Source: Thermomicrobiales bacterium (GTDB lineage Bacteria; Chloroflexota; Chloroflexia; Thermomicrobiales; UBA6265). Taken from it: 64,000 nucleotides of DNA. The notes beneath the pieces were generated by a model that searched no databases, was not told the origin of the DNA, and saw only the letters and a list, made by a program, of their open reading frames with translations. Below are positions 56,659 through 64,000 of the stretch, in pieces. Numbering within the stretch: the first letter of the stretch is position 1; each line of letters starts with the position of its first letter. The translations under genes were made by a program, and so were the position numbers. The DNA is taken from the NCBI GenBank assembly GCA_050696075.1, contig JBOGUF010000018.1, positions 232 through 64,231 on the forward strand. Reading direction: 5' to 3'.

Positions 56659-57234
56659 ATGGCGCTGATCGATCTGACCGCCCGTGAGATTCAGGGCAAG
56701 ATCGTCTACTTCGGCCCTGGGCTCGGCGGCAAAACGACGAACCTGCTCTACGTCTACCGCCGGCTGCCCGACGAGCGGCGGGGGGAGTTGGTATCGCTCG
56801 CCACGGACGAGGGGCGGACTATTTTTTTCGATCTGATGCCGCTCGATCTGGGCACCGTCCTCGGCTACAGGATCCGCTTTCGGCTCTACACGGTCGCCGG
56901 CCAGGAGCACTACGAGCGGGCGCGGGGAGCAATCCTTTCCGGGGCGGACGGCGTCGTCTTCGTCGCCGACGCGCAGCGGTCGCGCCTCGACGACAACCTC
57001 ACCAGTTTGCGCGAGCTCTCTAATCTGATCGCGGCGCAGGGTAAGCGGTTGGAGGAGATGCCGCTGGTGCTGCAATACAACAAGATGGATCTCCCGACCG
57101 CGCTCCCAGTAGACGTGCTCGACCAACATCTGAATCCCGGCCGAGCGGCCCGGTTTGAGGCAGTCGCGGTCCGCGGTGCGGGCGTCTTCGACACGTTGCG
57201 CGCCATCTGCAAGCTGACGGCCGCGAACCTTTAG
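56659..57234 (+). CDS. MglA-like Ras-superfamily small GTPase
   Basis: The 191-aa ORF has the P-loop YFGPGLGGKTTNL, switch II TVAGQEHY (MglA-type TVPGQ) and the G4 motif NKMDL. Confidence 0.8.
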   Translation: MALIDLTAREIQGKIVYFGPGLGGKTTNLLYVYRRLPDERRGELVSLATDEGRTIFFDLMPLDLGTVLGYRIRFRLYTVAGQEHYERARGAILSGADGVVFVADAQRSRLDDNLTSLRELSNLIAAQGKRLEEMPLVLQYNKMDLPTALPVDVLDQHLNPGRAARFEAVAVRGAGVFDTLRAICKLTAANL

Positions 57235-57555
57235 ACTGTGCGCGGGCCCCATCATGCCGATCGCAAAGGGGCATCTCTTCCGCGCGAAACGCCGGCACAT
57301 CTTCCCGCGTTACTAAGTTCAGAGAACCAGACGCCTGACCTTCGGTCCGTAGCCCGTCTGAGCGAAGTACTTGGCGATTCAACGGCTTGGACGAGCGTAG
57401 TTGAAGGCGAGCGAATTGAAGCATACGGCTCGCTCTCATTGGGGTCTCTCCCGGGCGACGCCGGCGATCGCCGTCGCGCCGCCGGGCGCAAGACGTGCCG
57501 GGCGTGTCCGGCAATGTGGTAGGAGGCGGCTGGACGCCGCCGAGGAGGAACAGGC

Positions 57556-58197
57556 ATGCGGCACATTGGCGCGGTACGGCTGGTTGGCGGGCTGGCCATG
57601 CTACTGGCGTTGTTTGGGGCCACGATCTCGACGGGGTCGGCACAACCGGCACTCTCGTCGATCACGATTCACAACCGGATTTGTCCGGTCGAGTTCGCGG
57701 GCGACGATCTCTTCGGTGACTGTCACGGCAACCCGCGGACATCCGGGTTGGAGTTCTTCATCGACGGTCCCGTTGCCGACGGTGGGCCGACCGACGGCGC
57801 CGGCAACATCACCTTTGGCGACCTGCCGGCGGGCACTTACGAGATCAGCGGCGGCGTGCCGGGTGAATTCGCCGACACCTTCGTCTACTGCTCGATCAAC
57901 GAGGACCCGAACAACGTGCTCCCGGTGACAGGAACAGTCATGGGCGTGAGCATCGACGTGCCCGCGGGCGTGGCGGTGGTCTGCGATTGGTACAACATCC
58001 CGATTGACCTGAACGGCGACGGCGACGGCGACGATGATGACGGCGAAGAGGACGACACGCCGCCGGCGAAGCTGCCGAGCACCGGCTCCGGCGTGACTGG
58101 CGACGAGAGCGGCGCCGCCGTCTACCTCGGCGGCGCGGCGGTGATGGCCCTGGCCGGGTTGGCGTTGGTGGCGCGACGGCGGGCGGTGCAACTCTAA
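57556..58197 (+). CDS. secreted surface protein with LPXTG-type sorting signal
   Basis: It has an N-terminal signal peptide (LVGGLAMLLALFGATISTGSAQPA), an acidic linker (NGDGDGDDDDGEEDD) and a C-terminal LPSTG + hydrophobic span + RRRAVQL. Confidence 0.7.
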   Translation: MRHIGAVRLVGGLAMLLALFGATISTGSAQPALSSITIHNRICPVEFAGDDLFGDCHGNPRTSGLEFFIDGPVADGGPTDGAGNITFGDLPAGTYEISGGVPGEFADTFVYCSINEDPNNVLPVTGTVMGVSIDVPAGVAVVCDWYNIPIDLNGDGDGDDDDGEEDDTPPAKLPSTGSGVTGDESGAAVYLGGAAVMALAGLALVARRRAVQL

Positions 58198-58370
58198 CGA
58201 GTTCGGCGTTCGACGTTCGTCGGTGAATGTAGGGGCGAGTGCGGGGCGGTGCCTCGCGCTCGCCCCTTTTGCTGGCGCCGCGAATCGCCCAGCTTGACGC
58301 CGTGCCAATGCTCGAGTTTGATCCCGAACATGGCGGATGGCGATCTGACATGGCAGGAAAGGTGGGCGGT

Positions 58371-59735
58371 ATGAGCGACCTGGATCGGGTGCTTGAAGCG
58401 TGTGATGAGGAAGGGCGGCGCAAGCGGGATCTGGAGGATCTGGTCCGTCTGCTGCGGCAGCCAAGCATCAGCGCCCAGGACGTCGGGGTCGGCGAGTGCG
58501 CGGCGCTGGTCGAAGGGATGATGCGGCAGGCAGGACCACGGACCCGGCTGTTAGAGACCGCGCGTCACCCGATGGTCTACGGCGAATGGCTCGAGGCGCC
58601 GGGGGAACCAACAGTACTGATCTACGGCCACTACGACGTGCAGCCGCCGGACCCGCTAGATGCCTGGGTGTCGCCCCCGTTTGAGCCGACGATCCGCGAC
58701 GGCCGGCTCTTCGCCCGCGGCGCGGGGGACAACAAGGGGCAATTCTTCGCTCAGATCGCGGCGGTGCGGACGTGGCTGGAAACGACGGGGTCGCTGCCGG
58801 TCAACGTCAAGTTCCTGATCGAAGGCGAGGAAGAGACAGGGAGCCCACATCTGGATGCAACCGTCGCCGACCATCGGGAGTTGCTCGCGGCCGACCTGGT
58901 TTACACCTCCGATGGGCCCGTGTTCGACAACGCGCACCCGCAGATTTGCTTCGGCGTGCGCGGCATGCTTTATGTCGAACTGCAAGCTCAAGGAGCCAGC
59001 CACGATCTCCATTCCGGCAACTTCGGCGGCGTCGCGCCGAACCCGGCCTGGTCATTGGTTCGGCTGCTGGGCACGATGCTCGACGAGCAGAACCGGGTCA
59101 AGATCGCGGGTTTTTACGACGCGGTCCGTCCCGTCGACGACCAGACGCGGGCGGCGCTCGACGCGATCCCGCTCGACCTCGGCCGAACGCTGGGCGCCAT
59201 CGGTCTCGATCGCCTACCGCCACCAGATGGGGTGCCCTACTTCGACCGGCTGATGACCAGGCCGACACTGAATATCGCCGGGTTTGCGAGCGGCTACGGC
59301 GGCGCGGGAAGTAAGACGGTGTTGCCAGCGACGGCGACGGTGAAGATGGACATGCGATTGGTGCCGCACCAACGGCCGGACGACATCTTCGAGGCGTTTT
59401 TGGCCCATTTGCGGCGGTACGCGCCTGAGGTGACGGTCCGGCGGATGGGGAGCATGGAACCGTCGTTCACTCCGCTCGACGATGCGTATGCCGCGCCGGT
59501 GCGGCGGGCGGTACGGCGCGGGTTCGGCGCCGAGCCGGTCGACGTGCCGCTCCTCGGCGGCAGCCTGCCGGACGCGGTCTGGACGAAGACGCTCGGTCTC
59601 CCCTCCTTCGTCGTGCCGTACGCAAACAGCGACGAGGACAACCACGCGCCGAACGAGAACATCGAGATCGAGCGGTTCTATCAGGGGATTCGGACGTGCG
59701 CGTCGTTGCTGGCGGAACTTGGGGCGGATCGCTAG
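58371..59735 (+). CDS. M20 family metallopeptidase (dipeptidase-like)
   Basis: Motifs: VLIYGHYDVQPPDPLDAW, RGAGDNKGQ, EGEEETGS. The start was chosen at MSDLDRV (ATG 58371). Confidence 0.85.
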   Translation: MSDLDRVLEACDEEGRRKRDLEDLVRLLRQPSISAQDVGVGECAALVEGMMRQAGPRTRLLETARHPMVYGEWLEAPGEPTVLIYGHYDVQPPDPLDAWVSPPFEPTIRDGRLFARGAGDNKGQFFAQIAAVRTWLETTGSLPVNVKFLIEGEEETGSPHLDATVADHRELLAADLVYTSDGPVFDNAHPQICFGVRGMLYVELQAQGASHDLHSGNFGGVAPNPAWSLVRLLGTMLDEQNRVKIAGFYDAVRPVDDQTRAALDAIPLDLGRTLGAIGLDRLPPPDGVPYFDRLMTRPTLNIAGFASGYGGAGSKTVLPATATVKMDMRLVPHQRPDDIFEAFLAHLRRYAPEVTVRRMGSMEPSFTPLDDAYAAPVRRAVRRGFGAEPVDVPLLGGSLPDAVWTKTLGLPSFVVPYANSDEDNHAPNENIEIERFYQGIRTCASLLAELGADR

Positions 59736-59848
59736 ACGAATGGTCGTCGCGGACGATCACAATTGCCCGCCATGCCGTCAACCATCAAATCCCACGTCTA
59801 TGAGCTATACCACGGTCAACGAACGCAATGGAAAGGAAGGAACGTTCA

Positions 59849-60142
59849 ATGGCGACGAAGCGAGTGCGTATTCATGTCATATTGCCGGAGGAAATGATGG
59901 AGGAGATCATCAAGATCGCTGGGCCGAGGCGGCGAAGCGAATTCATCGCTGAAGCGGTGGAAAATGAGCTCCGGCGGAGACGGCGCAGCGAGATCGCACA
60001 CCGGTTGGCGGGCTCGCTCTCGGCTCCTGGAACACACATTCCGGAGTGGGATACACCGGAATCAGCAGAACGTTGGCTCCGAGACAGTCGGCGTGATCGC
60101 CGAGACCCGTGGCGGGATGCAGATGAAGCGAACCTTACATGA
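59849..60142 (+). CDS. ribbon-helix-helix (CopG/VapB-like) antitoxin
   Basis: It has the N-terminal RHH pattern KRVRIHVILPEEMMEEIIKIAGPRRRSEFIAEAVENEL. Its stop overlaps the downstream PIN gene start in an ATGA. Confidence 0.65.
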   Translation: MATKRVRIHVILPEEMMEEIIKIAGPRRRSEFIAEAVENELRRRRRSEIAHRLAGSLSAPGTHIPEWDTPESAERWLRDSRRDRRDPWRDADEANLT

Positions 60143-60540
60143 CGTCATATCTGTTGGACACCTTGGTACTCGTTGACTTTTCGCTAGATCGCGAGCCCGT
60201 TTGAACTCAGGTCCTCGAGCTGATAGACGGCCCAGGAGAGGTTGCTGTCAGCGCAGTTCAAGTTGCGGAGTTCATCAGCGGTCTGGCTTCAAGCAAGCGG
60301 CCGATTCGGCAGTCCTTTCTCGAGTCTCTCAGGTTCTGGGAGATCAATCAGTGGGCCGCCCAACAAGCTGGAATCTACCGGTACGACTTTGCCCGACGAG
60401 GCGTCGCCCTTTCGACCCCGGACACCCTCATCGCAGCCGTTGCCAGAGAATATGAAGCGATACTTGTGACGAACAATGCCAAGGACTTTCCTTTGCCCGA
60501 TGTGGAACTCATCGTCCTTCGACCAGAGAATCTGGCTTGA
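60139..60540 (+). pseudogene. PIN-domain (VapC-like) toxin gene with in-frame TGA
   Basis: The frame reads MTSYLLDTLVLVDFSLDREPV*TQVLELIDGPGEVAVSAVQVAEFISG...PDTLIAAVAREYEAILVTNNAKDFP...ENLA. The TGA lies at 60202-60204. The gene is absent from the ORF track because the downstream part has no Met. Confidence 0.65.
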
Positions 60541-60555
60541 GTTCCGACCGCGGTG

Positions 60556-63054
60556 TTAAGGCGATTCGGTCGTCGGTTCGGCAGGCGGGTCGATCGGTAC
60601 TTCTTCCGTAGGCGTGGCCGTAGGTTCAGGCTCGGAGGTGAACGTCGCCGTCGGTTCTGGCTCGGGCGTAGTGGTCGGCGGCGCCTCGGTCGGGGTCGGC
60701 GCTGGCGTTTCGTCGGCGTCAGGCGTGGTTGAAACGGTTGGGGTCGGCTCGACGATTTGCGTTGGTCCTGGCGTCGCGGTCGTCTCACTCTCGCTAATAC
60801 TTTCGGACGGGCCGAAACCTGCGGGCGTGAGATTCGGGTCAGTGGTGAGGAGGATGCGGTCGATGCGGAGGCCGTCCTCGCGCGCCCAGACGTTGAGCGT
60901 GTGAACACCAGGAACGGCAATAGTCACGGTGGCGACGACGCCAGCGGTTAGCCGGTTGCTCCAGCGCCAGATGCCGTCTTGCACAACGTCGATGTTGCGA
61001 CCGGACGCGACCGGCTCGCCGTTCAGGCCGACGTGGAACGAGTCGGCTCCGCCGCTGGAGGCCAAAGCGCGGATCCAGACGTAGTAGGCGCCCGCCTGGT
61101 TGAACTCGATCTGGTACTGAAGCTCGGGCGATGCGCCGGCGTAGTCGCTGGTGCGATGCCAGCCGACGTCGGGGAGCACGCCCAAGTAATCCGCGCCGGA
61201 AGCGTCGGGCAGGCTCGATTCCGCCGTCCAGGCGTGGCCGGCGCGGGTCGCGTGGAGGTGGAAGTCCTCCGCTTCGAACGCGACTTCGCCGTTCTGCTCG
61301 ACGAAGGGCGGCGCGGTCACGAGCGTAGGCTCGGGATCGGGTGGGAGCGGGGTCGACGTGGCCGCGGCGGTGGCGGTGGGGGCAACGGCGCCGACCGGTA
61401 GGCTTGCCGCGGGTCCTTGGTCCGATGGGACGAAGCCGGCGTCCCGCGTGAGTAGGATGCGGTCGAGGCGGAGTCCGTCCTCACGCGCCCAGATATTGAC
61501 GACGTGGCGACCGGGCGTCGAGACGGTCAAGGTGGCGGGCGCGTGATCCATCGTCGTATTCGTCCAAGTCCAGACGCCGTAGGTGACGGCGCGCACCTTA
61601 TCGGCGGAGGTGCGGGCTTCGCCGTCGAGGCCGGCGTGAAGGGAGTCGTCCGTACCGCCGTCGGCGTGGACGCGAACCCAGAGGGAATAGGTGCCGGTGG
61701 TCTCGAAGTCGACGGCGATGCGAATCTCAGGACTGGTGGTCGTGTAGTTCGAGGAATAGACCCGTCCATTGTCGGGTTCGACTGACAGGTATCCGTCGCC
61801 CGCGAAACCGGGAACATCAGTGCGCTCGAACCAACTATGGCCATCGCGGGCGATGTTGGCGTGGGCGTCCTCCGCCTCGACTACGAGCTGTCCGGCGCTT
61901 TCGGCGAAGGCGGGATGGGGGAGCGTCATCGTTGCCGTGGGCGAAGGCGTCGGCGTTGGCAGGGGCGCGCCGGTGATCGACGGGCTGCCGGCGATGAACC
62001 GGACCTCGGCGAGGTAGCCGAGACTGTGCTCACGATACGGATTGTCCATATAGAACCGAATGTAGCGCGCGTTCAAGGCGACAGGGAGACCGTGCCACTT
62101 GAGGGCAGGTGGGTTGTAGCGGAAGGCGATCGTCGACCACGTCTTGCCGTCATTCGAGACGCGAATGCGGTACTGATCGGCGGACCCGGAGACGCGAAAG
62201 ATCCAACGGATGCTAGTGAAATCGATCGACCGGCCGAGGTCGAATTGGATATAGCTGACTGGCACTGGCTCAGTACGGACGACCGCCCAACTGGTGTTGA
62301 GACTGCCGTCATAGGTGCGTGTCGGCGCATTGCCAGCCGAGACGCGGCTGGCGACGATCAACATTTGCGGCGATGGTCCCGTCGTGGAGAGGGTGTTGCC
62401 GAAGATCTCGTTGCCGCGATCGGCGATTTTGGTGTGGTAGCGTCCGTCGGTGGCCCAGCGGCCGGTGAGATCGAAGATGCGGTCGGCCACGCCGACGTAG
62501 CCGAGATACGCGGCTTCCTCCCAGGAGGGCGCAACGCCAAGGTACTGGTAGAGCGGGTGACCCGCGACGGGTGGACCCGCTGCGTAGACGTAGAGCAGAT
62601 ACATCTGCCCGCGGGCGGCGTCGGCGCCGGTTGTCCAGCGACCTGGAGTGGCAAAGGGGCTGACGCCGATACCGGCGGGATTCAAGCCGTAGACCCAATG
62701 GCTGCTTTTCCAGTAGCCGGTTTCGAGGGCCGACTGGGCCACGACGATGGCAGGATCGAGGCCGACGAGCGGGGCCAGCCGGTAGACCTCACGGATGTAG
62801 GAACGGACCTCGGCGATACGACCTGACCCGACCTCCTCGGCAAAACGGATGGCGGTGTTCGGATCACCGCGCGGGGCGGCAAGGAGGCGATCGAGGCCGT
62901 ACATCGGCGCCGCTGCCTGGACCGGCTCGACAACTGGATCGCGGAGCGCGGTTAAGAGTGTCAGCAAGAGCACCAGTGCCGCGATGAGCCGGATGACGGT
63001 GACAGTACGCATGGTTGAGAATCCTCGGTGCAGCCCGGCTCCTTTGGGCAACAA
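60556..63054 (-). CDS. secreted multidomain cell-wall hydrolase (N-acetylglucosaminidase-like + F5/8 type C + two carbohydrate-binding-like repeats + Thr/Pro/Glu-rich tail)
   Basis: Signal anchor: VIRLIAALVLLLTLLTAL. Glucosaminidase motif: VAQSALETGYWKS. Discoidin-like: YDGSLNTSWAV...YRIRVSNDGKTW. Two repeats of about 170 aa each end in WAREDGLR(L/I)DRILLT. Confidence 0.8.
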   Translation of the reverse strand: MLPKGAGLHRGFSTMRTVTVIRLIAALVLLLTLLTALRDPVVEPVQAAAPMYGLDRLLAAPRGDPNTAIRFAEEVGSGRIAEVRSYIREVYRLAPLVGLDPAIVVAQSALETGYWKSSHWVYGLNPAGIGVSPFATPGRWTTGADAARGQMYLLYVYAAGPPVAGHPLYQYLGVAPSWEEAAYLGYVGVADRIFDLTGRWATDGRYHTKIADRGNEIFGNTLSTTGPSPQMLIVASRVSAGNAPTRTYDGSLNTSWAVVRTEPVPVSYIQFDLGRSIDFTSIRWIFRVSGSADQYRIRVSNDGKTWSTIAFRYNPPALKWHGLPVALNARYIRFYMDNPYREHSLGYLAEVRFIAGSPSITGAPLPTPTPSPTATMTLPHPAFAESAGQLVVEAEDAHANIARDGHSWFERTDVPGFAGDGYLSVEPDNGRVYSSNYTTTSPEIRIAVDFETTGTYSLWVRVHADGGTDDSLHAGLDGEARTSADKVRAVTYGVWTWTNTTMDHAPATLTVSTPGRHVVNIWAREDGLRLDRILLTRDAGFVPSDQGPAASLPVGAVAPTATAAATSTPLPPDPEPTLVTAPPFVEQNGEVAFEAEDFHLHATRAGHAWTAESSLPDASGADYLGVLPDVGWHRTSDYAGASPELQYQIEFNQAGAYYVWIRALASSGGADSFHVGLNGEPVASGRNIDVVQDGIWRWSNRLTAGVVATVTIAVPGVHTLNVWAREDGLRIDRILLTTDPNLTPAGFGPSESISESETTATPGPTQIVEPTPTVSTTPDADETPAPTPTEAPPTTTPEPEPTATFTSEPEPTATPTEEVPIDPPAEPTTESP

Positions 63055-63116
63055 GATATCTCTCGTGCCGCACGCGGCCGCACGTCATAGCCCTTCGAGA
63101 CTAGCCTGTATGGGGG

Positions 63117-63145
63117 ATTCTATCAGTCGATAAGCGTTTTGTCAT
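63117..63145 (-). promoter_or_regulatory. candidate promoter ATGACA-17 nt-TAGAAT (minus strand)
   Basis: Read on the reverse complement in the relatively AT-rich stretch upstream of the hydrolase start (63054). Confidence 0.3.
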
Positions 63146-63315
63146 CCGTCTATTCACTAACCATACTTCGTGTTCGTTCACGATGTCTCGACGGCACGCA
63201 TCGACAGACGCGAAATCCTGGCAGAGAGTCCGGGCTTTCGGTGGAAGGGCAGGCAAATGCTACACTCGCGATTCGGTGGACCGACGATGACCGTGGCCGG
63301 CGGTGGAGAGCGTTC

Positions 63316-64000
63316 GTGGCGACAGCAGATCGGGACGAAGCGAACGATGAACGCGACGAGCGCGATGCCGAACTCGCGCGGTTGCGCGAGCGCGTCGCGT
63401 TTTACGAATCGTTTGATCGCGTGATTGCCGAGAACGTCGCCCGCTCCGGGGACCTGCTGCGGCTGGCGATGGAAATGCAGTCGGGCGCCACGGTGCAAGA
63501 GGAAACAGAACGACAACGGGTCCAAGAGCTGTCGCGACAACGCGCGCTCTTATCGGCGCTCCTCGACGACGTGATCCAACTCCAGGGGCAGGCCGAGCGC
63601 CTGGCTCGGCGCGTTGCCGACGCATTGGACGAGGTTGAGTCTGAATTACCAACGGGGGAGTTCCCAGCGCACCAAGCTCCGATCGCCGCCGACTCTCCAA
63701 TCAGTGCCGATACCGAACAGATGCCCGCGCCAAGATTGCTTACCCTGCTTGCGCATAGTCTTCCTGACGCCGCGGCGGCGCGGTCGTTGCGCGAGTACCT
63801 GACTGGGCTGGCGCAGGTGGCGGCGGTCGAGCCGAGGGAGTTTGCCGAAGGCGTGCTGCGCCTCGACGTGACCACGCGCGCGCCGTTAGCCGTCGCCGAT
63901 CTTGGCGGCTGGACGACCGCCGGGGCGCTCGAACCGGTGACGGAGCGGGACGACCTGATCGAGATCCGGATGGCGACGCACCCGGCTGCGGCAAGCGACG
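63316..64000 (+). CDS. hypothetical coiled-coil protein (3' end beyond window)
   Basis: The frame is open with no stop from the GTG at 63316 (GGTGGAGAG Shine-Dalgarno upstream) to the window edge. It reads ...ERDERDAELARLRERVAFYESFDRVIAENVARSGDLLRLAMEMQ...LREYLTGLAQVAAVEPREFAEGVLRLDV... It is not in the ORF track because it has no stop. The start is uncertain. Confidence 0.5.
   Translation, partial: MATADRDEANDERDERDAELARLRERVAFYESFDRVIAENVARSGDLLRLAMEMQSGATVQEETERQRVQELSRQRALLSALLDDVIQLQGQAERLARRVADALDEVESELPTGEFPAHQAPIAADSPISADTEQMPAPRLLTLLAHSLPDAAAARSLREYLTGLAQVAAVEPREFAEGVLRLDVTTRAPLAVADLGGWTTAGALEPVTERDDLIEIRMATHPAAASD

Noticed and set aside
57238-57522. A 94-aa ORF downstream of the MglA-like gene, as a possible MglB/Roadblock remnant (…LSEVLGDSTAWTSVVEGERIEAYGSL…).
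   Set aside because: The similarity is limited to a vague pattern over about 25 residues. The rest is Arg/Pro/Ala-rich and unlike Roadblock/LC7. It is not callable without a profile search.

Overview
The window is a visibly GC-rich bacterial chromosomal segment. The gene content (LCP protein, LPXTG-type anchor, many Uma2 nucleases, SCO1664-type and DUF5937-ArsR-type proteins) suggests a monoderm Chloroflexota- or Actinomycetota-like organism, but the taxon cannot be proven from this sequence. I can support about 58 protein-coding genes and found no rRNA, tRNA or CRISPR array.

Housekeeping genes: rnz, proC, metH, metG, lgt, hflX, purM, a sirtuin and an M20 peptidase. There are also four carbohydrate or nucleoside ABC-uptake loci with GH2, GH4, nucleoside-hydrolase and PhyH-dioxygenase partners and LacI/AraC regulators.

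Most interesting items:
1. A three-gene cluster (4901-8563) with a stand-alone PolX-N-terminal-like HhH protein, an XPB-like SF2 helicase and a Bax1/DUF790-like protein.
2. A tightly packed cassette of two DUF488 paralogs plus an uncharacterised 267-aa protein (11717-13521), directly behind a YyaL-type thioredoxin-domain gene.
3. A candidate leaderless Met-rich small ORF followed by an intrinsic terminator in the metG leader (29031-29315).
4. Three tandem Uma2-nuclease paralogs wedged between metH and metG; one carries an in-frame TAG.
5. A vapBC pair whose PIN toxin carries an in-frame TGA.
6. An argininosuccinate-lyase-like protein with all three active-site signatures degenerate.
7. An orphan MglA-like GTPase.
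8. A 545-nt gene-free convergent gap with a nested perfect hairpin.
9. Recurrent heptamer tandem repeats and MITE-like inverted repeats in intercistronic spacers.

All family calls come from reading motifs by eye; no database search was run. Many long ORFs in the track are antisense shadows typical of high-GC DNA and were rejected.
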